This document shows positions 22,291 through 31,892 of a DNA stretch of 64,000 nt, in pieces (positions within the stretch are counted from its first letter, which is position 1; every line of letters starts with the position of its first letter). A program made the position numbers and the translations under genes. Source of the DNA: Terriglobia bacterium (lineage in GTDB: Bacteria; Acidobacteriota; Terriglobia; Acidiferrales; UBA7541); the NCBI GenBank assembly GCA_963695545.1, contig OY968796.1, forward strand, positions 928,001 to 992,000, read 5' to 3'. The notes beneath the pieces are model-generated. The model was not told the DNA's origin. It did no database searches and worked only from the letters and a program-made list of their open reading frames with translations.

Positions 22291-22504
22291 GTGAGCTGCC
22301 GGACATGCTCCCCGAGGAATGCGTCACCCTCGATCGTTGCGAAGGTTTGCTCGGGATCAGGCCGCATATCGACGGCTCCGCACGGCAAGTGGTCGGGATG
22401 TGTGTCCAGAATTTCGTCAGGCGAGGCCTCCAAGTGAGCGACCTTCCCGCGGCGAGCCGTGGGCGCCGCGTTAATTACGATGCGCGTGAGCCAAGTGGAA
22501 AACG
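22290..22504 (-). pseudogene. Internal fragment of an ECF sigma-70 factor (region 2.3-2.4 and linker)
   Basis: FSTWLTRIVINAA..ARR.K then D.RPDPEQ...VRQL.P; N-terminus and region 4 HTH missing. Confidence 0.75.
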
Positions 22505-22954
22505 TCAGGCGTGGGATTTGCGCTCCACGAGCAGCAAGTGCTCGCACGCGAGAATTGTTTCTCCATGTTGATTGATCGCTTGGCAGGATTCGACCACGAT
22601 GCCGTGCGCGGGACGCTTGGGATCGTCGCGCTTTTCCTTGATCGCAACGACCACGTGAATCGTGTCTCCGATAAATACCGGCTTGATGAATCGAAGGCGA
22701 TCGTAGCCGTACGACATCGCGCGCGGATTGATGGCGCCCGCCGTCAATCCCACGGCGATGCTAAACACCAGTGTGCCGTGGGCCATGCGCTGACCGAAAG
22801 GCTGCTTGCTGCACCATTCCGCGTCCATGTGGTGCGGGAAAAAATCGCCGGTTTGTCCGGCGTGCAGCACGATGTCGGTTTCTGTAATGGTTCGCCCGGC
22901 GGTTTCGCGCCGCGCGTTGACCGTGTAATCCTCGAAATACTGTTCGCTCAGCAT
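22505..22954 (-). CDS. MaoC-family (hot-dog) dehydratase
   Basis: [12 protein letters not shown]...[30 protein letters not shown]. Confidence 0.9.
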   Translation of the reverse strand: MLSEQYFEDYTVNARRETAGRTITETDIVLHAGQTGDFFPHHMDAEWCSKQPFGQRMAHGTLVFSIAVGLTAGAINPRAMSYGYDRLRFIKPVFIGDTIHVVVAIKEKRDDPKRPAHGIVVESCQAINQHGETILACEHLLLVERKSHA

Positions 22955-23018
22955 GCGTGTGTCCGCTCCGGGCGCCAACCACTCTAGCGCACCGGCCGGC
23001 CCCCGGCTTGATCTTTAA

Positions 23019-23047
23019 TTGACAATTGCTTCCATAAAATTTAGATT
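23019..23047 (+). promoter_or_regulatory. Sigma70-type promoter of the SBP/CoA-transferase operon
   Basis: TTGACA (23019-23024) - 17 nt - TAGATT (23042-23047) in an AT-rich divergent gap. Confidence 0.65.
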
Positions 23048-23174
23048 TACTGGTAAAATCGCCGAACTGAGAGTTTATCAAATAGGGTGAGTCCGGGCTA
23101 ATTCGAGATTCGTGTTGGTTACGGTTCAAACGCGCGCCGCCGTCAAACAGGGGCGCGTTCGGTTTTGAGGCCAG

Positions 23175-24350
23175 ATGAGCGTCGACCGGGTCGTTCGACT
23201 GCGTGGCACTGCGTGGTGTCACACTCGGGGTTTTCTCCCGATGGTGGCGACGGCGCAAAGGTTTGCCGAGGCGCATCCCGGCTTCGAAATAGAATGGGAT
23301 GCCAGATCGTTGCAGGAATTCGCCGACTCCTCGATTGCGGAGTTGGCGCGGCAGTACGACTTGATGGTCATCGACCATCCCTCCATCGGACAAGCCGCCG
23401 AGGAAAACGTTCTCCTTCCCCTTAACGAATGGATTCCCGAAGAGTTCCTGGGCATGCAAGCCGCGGCCTCGGTGGGAGCCTCGCATGCAAGTTACGCATA
23501 CGCAGGCCGACAGTGGGCCTTGGCGATTGACGCGGCCGCGCCAATTGCCGGATGGCGCCCGGACCTGTTGAGGCGAGCGGAAGCAGCGATTCCGCGGACG
23601 TGGTCGGAGCTGCTGGAGCTCGCGGGACGCGGCCTGGTGACGTTTCCAGCGAAGGCCATCGACAGCCTGATGCACTTTTACATGTTCTGCGACGCTCTGG
23701 GCGCGGGCCCGTTCCGAGAAGACAACGCTGTGGTGAGCGAAGAAATCGGGATTCGGGCGCTCAAGATGCTCGGCCAGCTTTTCTCGCTTTGCGACGCCCA
23801 ATGTTTGAAGAGAAATCCTATTGCGACCTGGGAGCTCCTCTCCACGAGCGACACGGTGGCTTACTGTCCCTTCGCATACGGATATTCGAACTATTCTCGG
23901 GCAGGCTACTCGACGCATGCGCTCGAGACCGGCAACCTGATCGCGACCGATGATGGACTTCTCTTCCACTCCACGCTGGGTGGAGCGGGCCTGGCGATCT
24001 CCGCGCGCTGCGCGCACAAAGCGATCGCCGCGGAGTACGCCCAGTTTGTCGCTAGCCCGCATTGCCAGAGCACGCTCTACTTCGATTCAGGCGGGCAGCC
24101 GGGGAATCGAACAGCCTGGATGGATGACGAGGTCAACCGGCGCTGCATCAATTTTTTCAGGAACACGCTGCACACTTTGGAACGGGCCTACGTGCGGCCG
24201 CGTTTCGCTGGATATCTCGAATTCCAGGAACACGCTGCCGTCGCGGTGCACCGATACCTGGCTGCGGGGCGGCCCGAAGAGGACGTGATTGCAGAAATGA
24301 ACGATCGGCTGCGCGAAGCGCGGTCAGAGAAATGGCGAGGTGTGGCATGA
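23175..24350 (+). CDS. Sugar SBP family-1-fold protein without signal peptide
   Basis: YDLMVIDHP, QWALAIDAA, STLGGAGLAISA; N-terminus MSVDRVVRLRG has no hydrophobic leader. Confidence 0.75.
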   Translation: MSVDRVVRLRGTAWCHTRGFLPMVATAQRFAEAHPGFEIEWDARSLQEFADSSIAELARQYDLMVIDHPSIGQAAEENVLLPLNEWIPEEFLGMQAAASVGASHASYAYAGRQWALAIDAAAPIAGWRPDLLRRAEAAIPRTWSELLELAGRGLVTFPAKAIDSLMHFYMFCDALGAGPFREDNAVVSEEIGIRALKMLGQLFSLCDAQCLKRNPIATWELLSTSDTVAYCPFAYGYSNYSRAGYSTHALETGNLIATDDGLLFHSTLGGAGLAISARCAHKAIAAEYAQFVASPHCQSTLYFDSGGQPGNRTAWMDDEVNRRCINFFRNTLHTLERAYVRPRFAGYLEFQEHAAVAVHRYLAAGRPEEDVIAEMNDRLREARSEKWRGVA

Positions 24351-25510
24351 AACCATTGGATGGGCTCTTTGTCGTGGATCTAAGCCAATTTCTCTCGGGG
24401 CCGTCCGCGTCGCTGCGCTTGGCGGATTTGGGCGCCCGCGTGGTGAAGGTGGAGCGGCCGGACGGCGGAGATCTTTGCCGCCAACTCTACATCTCCGACC
24501 TCAAGCTGGACGGGGACAGCACGCTGTTTCATTCCATCAATCGCAACAAGGAGAGTTTCGCCGCGGACCTGAAAAACCCAAAGGACTGCCGGCGATTGTG
24601 GTCGCTGCTGGATCACGCTGACGTGATGATCCACAATTTTCGTCCCGGCGTGATTGACCGGCTGGGGTTCAGCTATGAGGCCGTCAGCAAAAGAAATTCG
24701 CGGCTGGTATACGGAGAGATCAGCGGCTACGGCAAGTTGGGGCCGTGGCGACAAAAACCGGGACAAGATCTGCTGGTGCAATCTCTGTCGGGGCTGCCGT
24801 GGCTGAGCGGTGATGCGAGCCAGCCGCCGATCCCATTCGGCATCGCCGTGGCCGATCTCTACGCAGGCGCTCACCTGGTGCAGGGAATTCTTAGCTGCCT
24901 GGTGCGCAGAGGAATATCCGGGAAGGGCGGAAAGGTTGAAGTCAGTTTGCTTGAATCTATTCTGGATCTTCAATTCGAGTTGCTGACGACCTATCTGAAC
25001 GATGGCGGCCGATTGCCGCAGCGAAGCAAGGTGAATAGCGCGCACGTTTACCTGGGAGCTCCGTATGGGATTTATCCGACTTCCGACGGTTACATCGCAC
25101 TGGCGATGAGCTCCGTGCCCCAGTTGGGCAAACTGCTGAACTGCTCGCAACTCCTTGCTTATAAGAGTCCGGACGCGCTCTTCACGCAACGCGACGAGAT
25201 CAAGCAGATTCTGATCGATCACCTGAAAAAGAAAACCACGAAGCACTGGCTCGGCGTGTTGGAGCCCGCCGACGTGTGGTGCTCGGAAGTGTTGACTTGG
25301 CCGCGCTTGCTTGAGCACGAGGCGTTTCGTCTGCTGGACATGGTGCAGGAAGTGAAACGAAGCAACGGCGTGAAGTTAAAGACGCTGCGCTGTCCCATTC
25401 GGATTGACGGCCAGATCATGAAAAACGAACTGGGCGCTCCGCGCCTGGGCGCCGATACAAATCGATTATTGCGCGAGTTTGCGGGGGAGGCCCGCGGAAT
25501 CGCCGGATGA
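24347..25510 (+). CDS. Family III CoA-transferase (CaiB/BaiF)
   Basis: PLDG..VVDLS...GP, LADLGA.VVKVE, NRNKES, HNFRPG, catalytic-Asp region AVADLYAG, APRLG; ATGA overlap with upstream gene. Confidence 0.9.
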   Translation: MKPLDGLFVVDLSQFLSGPSASLRLADLGARVVKVERPDGGDLCRQLYISDLKLDGDSTLFHSINRNKESFAADLKNPKDCRRLWSLLDHADVMIHNFRPGVIDRLGFSYEAVSKRNSRLVYGEISGYGKLGPWRQKPGQDLLVQSLSGLPWLSGDASQPPIPFGIAVADLYAGAHLVQGILSCLVRRGISGKGGKVEVSLLESILDLQFELLTTYLNDGGRLPQRSKVNSAHVYLGAPYGIYPTSDGYIALAMSSVPQLGKLLNCSQLLAYKSPDALFTQRDEIKQILIDHLKKKTTKHWLGVLEPADVWCSEVLTWPRLLEHEAFRLLDMVQEVKRSNGVKLKTLRCPIRIDGQIMKNELGAPRLGADTNRLLREFAGEARGIAG

Positions 25511-26760
25511 CCGGACGCAAAACATTCAGGATCGCTGTCCGGAAATTCGGCCCTTTTGAATCGGCGATTCAAAAGCAGTGGGATTCGTTTAATTCCTTCG
25601 GGCAAACCGGCCTCACATTGGAAGCAGTTGCTTTTGATTTGCAGCCGCTTTCGAAATCCCTCTTCGATCACGAAGGCCTCGTGCGCGGAGACTGGGACGT
25701 CGCCTTTCTCGACACGGATTGGCTGGCGCACGCGCACGCATCGAAGGCGCTCCTGAATTTGGCACCGTACGTGAAGGCCGCTCCTCCTAGCGATTTCCCA
25801 CACGGATGGAGCGACTCCCTCTTGCGGTTGCAATCCATCGAGGGCGAAATTCTGGGCCTTCCCTATCACGATGGGCCGGAATGTTTGATCTACAGGAAGG
25901 ACCTGTTTGACGATCCGCGGGAACAACGCGCATACGAAGGACGCTTCGGAGAGAAGTTGCGCGTTCCGCAGACATGGACGGAGTTCCGGCGAGTGGCGAG
26001 CTTTTTTCAGCGCCCGCAGGAGAAGTTGTTCGGCACGGCTGTCGCGGCTTATCCCGACGGCCACAATTCGGTCTACGATTTTCTGCTTCAGCTTTGGACG
26101 CGAGGCGGCGAACTTGTCGATGATGCCGGCGAATTTCACGTGGATACCGCGCAAGCCGTCGAGGCGCTTGAATTTTACCGCGACATTCTTCAAGACGCTT
26201 CCGTGGTTCATCCGCGCTGCGCGGAAATGGATTCGGTGAAATGCGGCTTGGCGTTCGTGAAGGGCGAAATCGCCATGATGGTGAACTGGTTCGGTTTTGC
26301 GGCGATGGCCGAGACCATTGAGAATTCCCGCGTCCGCGGAAAAGTGGATATCGCCGCCATACCTCGCGCGGATGGCTGTGCGTCCTGTTCGCTGAATGTG
26401 TACTGGGTGCTGGCCATCGCCGCGGGAAGTCCGCACCGCGAGGCCGCCTACCAATTCCTGCGGCACGCGATTTCCCCGGCAATGGACAAACTGCTCACGC
26501 TCGAAGGCGCGGTGGGATGCCGCAAATCAACGTGGGGCGACGCGGACGTAAATCGAATGGTGCCGTTTTACAACCGTCTCGATGATCTTCACGCACACGC
26601 GCGCGAACTGCCGCGGCTCGTGGAATGGCCCGAAATCGCATCCGTGATCGATCGAATGATCGTGAAGGCAACGGGCACGCGCGACTCGGCGCAGAAAATT
26701 GCCGGCGAAGCGCAGCGAGAACTCAATCACGTTTCGTCTCCGAAGCCCACGATTCTTTGA
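25507..26760 (+). CDS. Sugar SBP family-1-fold protein without signal peptide
   Basis: GLPYHDGPECLIYRKDLF, VPQTW.EF, F.KGEIAMM.NW; N-terminus MTGRKTFRIAVRKF has no leader; ATGA overlap. Confidence 0.75.
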   Translation: MTGRKTFRIAVRKFGPFESAIQKQWDSFNSFGQTGLTLEAVAFDLQPLSKSLFDHEGLVRGDWDVAFLDTDWLAHAHASKALLNLAPYVKAAPPSDFPHGWSDSLLRLQSIEGEILGLPYHDGPECLIYRKDLFDDPREQRAYEGRFGEKLRVPQTWTEFRRVASFFQRPQEKLFGTAVAAYPDGHNSVYDFLLQLWTRGGELVDDAGEFHVDTAQAVEALEFYRDILQDASVVHPRCAEMDSVKCGLAFVKGEIAMMVNWFGFAAMAETIENSRVRGKVDIAAIPRADGCASCSLNVYWVLAIAAGSPHREAAYQFLRHAISPAMDKLLTLEGAVGCRKSTWGDADVNRMVPFYNRLDDLHAHARELPRLVEWPEIASVIDRMIVKATGTRDSAQKIAGEAQRELNHVSSPKPTIL

Positions 26761-26772
26761 AGGAGTTCCGGA

Positions 26773-27801
26773 ATGGACGCGTCAATTCTGACTGGCGTCG
26801 GAATCATACTGGCCGCGGGGATTCTTCAGGGGATTTTCGCGCTGCCCATGAAATTCGCGCGCGGCTGGAACCACGAGAATATCTGGCTGGTCTTCGCATT
26901 CACCGGACTGGTTGTTTTCCCGTGGCTGCTGGTCGCGGCGACGATACCCCACGCAATCGGCGTGTATCACCTCACGTCGTGGAAGGCCGTGCTGGCAATT
27001 TTTGGTTTCGGCGTGCTGTGGGGCGTGGGAGCGACGCTCACGGGCGTGGGGTTGAAACAGCTTGGAATCGGTTTGGGGCTCTCCATTATTCTTGGGCTCA
27101 GCGCGTCGGTCGGTTCGTTGGTTCCCCTGATCATCTTGGCGCCTCAAAAACTCGCGACGCATCAGGGGCACCTCTTCTTGCTGGGCACCGTGGTGATGCT
27201 TGCCGGCGTGGCATTCTGTGCGCGCGCCGGCGCGCGCCGCGATGCCCAGCAGAGATCGCAGACCGACCCGCAAGGCGCGCGACGGACCTCTTTCCTTTAC
27301 GGCCTGTTGATTTGCATTTGCTCGGGGATACTTTCAGCCAGCCTTAACTTCAGCTACGCCTTCGGAGGTGAAGCGATCGACCACGCCCGCGCTTTGGGCG
27401 CTTCCTCGGCGTGGGCGGCGAATATTGTGGCGGCTCCGGCGACGAGCGGCGGGTTCATCGCGAATCTGATTTTTTGCGTCTACATGCTGAGGAAAAATTC
27501 ATCCGCATCTTTGTTCATGCGGGCCGGGTCGACCGTGAATTGGCTGCACGGAACTCTGATGGGTGCGTTTTGGTTTGGCGGTCTGGCGCTGTACGGTCTG
27601 GGATTATCGCGGTTGGGCAACCTGAGCGCGGTGGTGGGATGGCCGGTGCTGATGGGAACCATCATTCTGGCCAGCAACGCGGCGGGTTATCTGAGCGGAG
27701 AGTGGAAGCAGGCCGGCAGACGCTGTGGCATCTTGCTGGGGGTGGGAATGGCAATTGTGCTTGGGGCGTTGTGGATACTTGGTATGGCGCAACAGGCTTG
27801 A
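26773..27801 (+). CDS. RhaT-family (L-rhamnose/H+ symporter-like, DMT) transporter
   Basis: G.F..PMK..R.W..ENIW, GVLWGVG, LG.GLG.SI..G, GW...M, GEWK; ~10 hydrophobic segments. Confidence 0.8.
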   Translation: MDASILTGVGIILAAGILQGIFALPMKFARGWNHENIWLVFAFTGLVVFPWLLVAATIPHAIGVYHLTSWKAVLAIFGFGVLWGVGATLTGVGLKQLGIGLGLSIILGLSASVGSLVPLIILAPQKLATHQGHLFLLGTVVMLAGVAFCARAGARRDAQQRSQTDPQGARRTSFLYGLLICICSGILSASLNFSYAFGGEAIDHARALGASSAWAANIVAAPATSGGFIANLIFCVYMLRKNSSASLFMRAGSTVNWLHGTLMGAFWFGGLALYGLGLSRLGNLSAVVGWPVLMGTIILASNAAGYLSGEWKQAGRRCGILLGVGMAIVLGALWILGMAQQA

Positions 27802-27833
27802 CGGCGTTATCTTGCAGCGGGGTTATCTAGGCC

Positions 27834-28613
27834 ATGAAAAAAAGAACATCGCAAAGCTACTCGGTCCCGGGACTTGAAAAGGGCTTGGATGCTCTCGAAG
27901 CCCTCGCGAGCGCCAACGTGTCGGAATCGCTCACGCAACTCGCGCGGCGCCTGAATCGGACATCCAGCGAATTGTTCCGGATGATCGCGGTTCTCGAACG
28001 TCGAAACTATATTGCCCGCGATCCGGCGTCGGAAGGCTACCACCTCACGCTCAAGCTTTACGAATTGGCGCACACCCATTCGCCCGTCAATCAACTGCTC
28101 AAAGCAGCCGCACTGCCCATGCAGGAGCTCTCGGACATGGTGCTGGAATCGTGCCATCTCTGCGTGCTCAGCGGTCCGCTGCTCACCGTAATCGCGCAAG
28201 CCGAGAGTCCCGAGGCCGTTCGGCTTTCGGTTGAAGTCGGATACAAGGCTCTTCCTCTCAACACGGTCTCCGGCCGCCTAATGGTGGCTTTCCTGAGCCC
28301 GGAGGAGCGCGAGACCTTTCTGACGACGGACACTTTTTTTCGGAAGCTGGCGCCGCCCAAACAAAAGCAGCTTCGAACCGAACTGACGAAGATCCGCAGC
28401 GACGGCTATCACGTTGCGCCCAGCAGCAGGCGAACAGGACTGGACGCCTCTTGTCTGGTTGGAAATCCGAGGGTCGGTGTGCTCGCTGCGCTCGGGGTTC
28501 CCTTCATTCCCGGTGGCGCAAACGACGGAAAAGAGCGCAAGTTGATTCCAGTAATTCAGCGCTATGCGGATCGAATCACCGCGGCGGTGGGCCTGTCGAA
28601 GTCATCCATTTGA
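27834..28613 (+). CDS. IclR-family transcriptional regulator
   Basis: YSVPGLEKGLD.LE.L, HTH, Y.L.LKL..L, ESCHL. Confidence 0.9.
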   Translation: MKKRTSQSYSVPGLEKGLDALEALASANVSESLTQLARRLNRTSSELFRMIAVLERRNYIARDPASEGYHLTLKLYELAHTHSPVNQLLKAAALPMQELSDMVLESCHLCVLSGPLLTVIAQAESPEAVRLSVEVGYKALPLNTVSGRLMVAFLSPEERETFLTTDTFFRKLAPPKQKQLRTELTKIRSDGYHVAPSSRRTGLDASCLVGNPRVGVLAALGVPFIPGGANDGKERKLIPVIQRYADRITAAVGLSKSSI

Positions 28614-28619
28614 CGCCGC

Positions 28620-29729
28620 TCAATTCTGGTCAAGAGGAAGCGGCTCGGCTTCTCGGGCGCTCGATGCGTAAGCAGCCTCGACCAGCGCCATCGTTTGGTA
28701 GGCGTCCTCGAAATGTGACGGAAGCTCGGAGACGCTTCCCTCCACGTACGCTTGCAGGGCACCCATGCTTCCCACGAATGCATCGGGAAACCAATTCCCG
28801 CGAATCGGGCAGGATTGCCATCCATCTTTTATTTCGCTTCTCTGAATGTATTCGAGTGAATCGGGTTTGCCCTTTGGATAGTCGAGATTGATGCCGAGCG
28901 TCGCGCGCATCGAGCCCGCAGTTCCTTCCCATTGGACAAAACTGCGCTGCTGCTTCTCGCCGTAGTCGTGGCCATGGTTGGTGGCAACGAAAACCCGTTT
29001 CGAGTCGCCATAATCGAGGATCATCACGGATTTGGTCGCGGCCAATTTCGGGTACGCCGGGTGACGCACGGTCTTGGCGTAAATGCCGCGAGGGTTTCCG
29101 AACCAGGAGCGGATCAGATCCAGATAATGAATGCTGTGGTACAGAATCTCGAGGCGCGGCGCCGTGGCCAGGAACGTCCACAAGTGCCAGGGCGTATAAT
29201 TCCGGACCTGCGCTTCGAAATCGTGACATTCACCGAGCAGCCCGCCCGCCGCTAGCGCGCGGGCCGCGAGGTTGCAGGGCGCATAACGAAGCTGAAAATT
29301 GACCGCGGCGACCAACGATTTCCGACGGCACAAATCGCGTATCTCCGTCGCTTCGGCAAGGGTCTCGCCCATGGGCTTTTGCATCAGAACGGGAACGCCG
29401 TCTGGTAGATCGACCAAAATCCCCGGAATCCCGGAAGCCGGCACGGCAACGTCGTAGACGGCGTCGGGCGGCGCGAAGGCCACCGCTTCCTTTATGGAGG
29501 TGAAGCTACTGGGAACGCCTGAGCGTCGTGCGAGTTCCTCCGCTTTTCCGGCGACGATATCGATGAGCGCGAGAACAGGAAAGCCCGCTTTGGCATATGC
29601 TGGAAGATGCGCCGCGCTGACGATGCCGCCGGCACCGATAATAATGATTGGGCGCACTCGCTCGGGGCGAGGCGGCTGCGCAGCGAGGGCAACCGTTTTC
29701 CAGCTATCTATCGGTAACTCGTTTGTCAA
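28620..29729 (-). CDS. Gfo/Idh/MocA-family oxidoreductase
   Basis: IIGAGGIV..AHLPAY, VLMQKPMG, VNFQLRY, HSIHYLD. Confidence 0.9.
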   Translation of the reverse strand: MTNELPIDSWKTVALAAQPPRPERVRPIIIIGAGGIVSAAHLPAYAKAGFPVLALIDIVAGKAEELARRSGVPSSFTSIKEAVAFAPPDAVYDVAVPASGIPGILVDLPDGVPVLMQKPMGETLAEATEIRDLCRRKSLVAAVNFQLRYAPCNLAARALAAGGLLGECHDFEAQVRNYTPWHLWTFLATAPRLEILYHSIHYLDLIRSWFGNPRGIYAKTVRHPAYPKLAATKSVMILDYGDSKRVFVATNHGHDYGEKQQRSFVQWEGTAGSMRATLGINLDYPKGKPDSLEYIQRSEIKDGWQSCPIRGNWFPDAFVGSMGALQAYVEGSVSELPSHFEDAYQTMALVEAAYASSAREAEPLPLDQN

Positions 29730-29938
29730 AATCGTCTCCGAATCAGGCGCTATCGGCGTGCTTACAGCCGCGTCGCCGGATCGAGATGGGGCCGCGCACC
29801 CGTACTCATTCTATGTGATTATGGGTGTGGCGACTGGGGAAAGTTCTCCCCGCCGTATTTCTATAAATGACTCATTACAGGGCAGTTAGTGAGGGTACGT
29901 CAACGAAGTGCGGCAGGCGGATATCGCGTCTCGACCAC

Positions 29939-29967
29939 TTGACATTGTTTCCCTATGGGAATAGTTT
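29939..29967 (+). promoter_or_regulatory. Sigma70 promoter with palindromic operator in the spacer
   Basis: TTGACA-17-TAGTTT; spacer holds TTTCCCTATGGGAAT (29948-29962, TTCCC-N3-GGGAA). Confidence 0.7.
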
Positions 29968-30090
29968 TCCTATAAACATTTGGGACATTTGAGGTATCGT
30001 GCGCTCACGCGTGATCCTTAATAACAAGGTGATCGTGGGGGCTCGGCGACTGCCATTTACGCCGGATCCAAGGTAGACGAGGGGACCAAC

Positions 30091-30948
30091 TTGCGGGAGA
30101 GCGTGAGCCGGGATCAGACCTTGCAAGAAAAAGTCTCCTGGTTGCAAAGGCAGGCGAACCGAATTCGCATTTCAAGCCTTCGGATGGTGCACGCCGCCAA
30201 TCTGGGCCACCCCGGCGGCGATCTTTCCTCAGCCGACATTTTGGCGACTCTTTATCTGGCAGTTCTGCGCGTCGACAAGACGCGGCCCGACGCGCCGGAT
30301 CGCGATCGCTTCATCATGAGCAAGGGACATTGCTCTGGAGCGCTTTATTCGACGTTGGCCGCGGCGGGAATTCTGCAGCAATCCTCGTTGGACACGTACA
30401 TGAAACCGCTCTCGCCGCTGAACGGACATCCGGATCGAAACAAAGTTCCGGGTGTCGAAGCCAATACCGGACCTCTGGGTCACGGGTTGCCGATCGCCGT
30501 CGGCTGCGCGATGGCCGGGAAAATCGATTCCGCGGCGTGGCGCGTATTCGTGCTCACCGGCGATGGCGAACTACAGGAAGGCAGCAATTGGGAAGCGGCC
30601 ATGGCCGCAGCGCACTACAAACTCGACAATTTGACCCTAATCGTCGATCGCAACGGGATCCAGCAGGGCGACTTCACGGAAAACACGATCCGCATGGAGC
30701 CGCTTGCGGACAAGTGGCGCGCTTTTGGTTGGAGCGTGCGTGAAGTGAACGGCAACGACCCCGCTGGGCTGCTTGCGTGCTTTGAAAGCTTGCCGGCGGA
30801 AACGGGAAAACCCACCTGTGTGATTGCACACACGGAAAAAGGATACGGCGTCTCTTTCATTCGCAATCGGCCTGAGTGGCATCACCACGTCCCCACTGCG
30901 GCAGAGCTTGAGGCCGCGATTCGCGAGCTTGAGGCGCGCGCGGAGTGA
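30091..30948 (+). CDS. Split transketolase, N-terminal ThDP-binding subunit (AptA-like)
   Basis: GHPGG.LS, DRFIMSKGH, GHP, TGPLGHG, GDGELQEGSNWEA...N. Confidence 0.9.
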   Translation: MRESVSRDQTLQEKVSWLQRQANRIRISSLRMVHAANLGHPGGDLSSADILATLYLAVLRVDKTRPDAPDRDRFIMSKGHCSGALYSTLAAAGILQQSSLDTYMKPLSPLNGHPDRNKVPGVEANTGPLGHGLPIAVGCAMAGKIDSAAWRVFVLTGDGELQEGSNWEAAMAAAHYKLDNLTLIVDRNGIQQGDFTENTIRMEPLADKWRAFGWSVREVNGNDPAGLLACFESLPAETGKPTCVIAHTEKGYGVSFIRNRPEWHHHVPTAAELEAAIRELEARAE

Positions 30949-31892
30949 GTGAACTTTTCGATTGCCGGGACGCCTTTTCTCAAACGCTCGAGGAACTCGC
31001 CGCGAACGACCCACGCGTCGTCGCCGTCGTGAACGATTCGGTGAGTTCGACGAAGCTGAAGAATTTCAGCAAGCGGTTTCCCAATCGCTTCATCAACGTC
31101 GGGATCGCTGAGCAGAACATGGTGGGCGTGGGCGCGGGCCTGGCCAACGGAGGCAAATTACCGTTCGTCTGCGCGGCTTCCTGCTTTATGACGGCGAGAG
31201 CCATGGAGCAGATCAAAGTGGATCTCGGATACTCGCGCTACAACGTGAAACTCTGCGGAATGTCCAGCGGAATGGCATACGGAGAATTGGGCCCGACGCA
31301 TCACTCGATTGAAGACCTGGCCTGGATGCGCGCGATTCCGAATCTGACGGTCGTCGTTCCTGCGGACCCGATTGAAACGCGATCGGCGATGGAGGCCATC
31401 GCGCGGTACGAAGGTCCGGTGTTTTTTCGTCTGAGCCGCATGCCTGTGCCCAATATCCATCCGCGCGATTACCGGTACGAAATCGGCAAGTCGGTGCGCC
31501 TGCGCGAAGGCGACGACATCACTTTGGTCGCGAACGGCGTACTGGTGTCCCGCGCGCTGGAAGCGGCCGATGTGCTCGAACGGAGTGGCATCTCAGCTCG
31601 CGTGATCAATATGTCCACCGTGAAGCCGCTCGACCGCGCCGCGATTATTGATGCGGCGACGACTACCGGAGGGATCGTAACGGTGGAAGAACACTCGATC
31701 TACGGCGGACTCGGCGGCGCGATTGCGGAAGTTGTGGCAACGACTTGCCCGGTGCGAATGCGAATTCTCGGCGTACCCGGCGAATTTGCGCCGACAGGTA
31801 CTGAAGAATTTCTGCTCGAGCATTTTGGATTGACGGCGCAAGGCATCGCGAAGGCAGCCGTTGAACTTCTCGAGGTCGTGCGACGCGTATGA
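30945..31892 (+). CDS. Split transketolase, C-terminal subunit (AptB-like)
   Basis: NVGIAEQNMVG, GPTHHSIED, VKPLD, VEEHS..GGLG; GTGA overlap. Confidence 0.9.
   Translation: MSELFDCRDAFSQTLEELAANDPRVVAVVNDSVSSTKLKNFSKRFPNRFINVGIAEQNMVGVGAGLANGGKLPFVCAASCFMTARAMEQIKVDLGYSRYNVKLCGMSSGMAYGELGPTHHSIEDLAWMRAIPNLTVVVPADPIETRSAMEAIARYEGPVFFRLSRMPVPNIHPRDYRYEIGKSVRLREGDDITLVANGVLVSRALEAADVLERSGISARVINMSTVKPLDRAAIIDAATTTGGIVTVEEHSIYGGLGGAIAEVVATTCPVRMRILGVPGEFAPTGTEEFLLEHFGLTAQGIAKAAVELLEVVRRV

Noticed and set aside
28620..29729. Calling the oxidoreductase apiose dehydrogenase (apsD)
   Set aside because: Only family-level motifs are visible, no lactonase or oxidoisomerase is present, and it converges on the CoA-transferase module.
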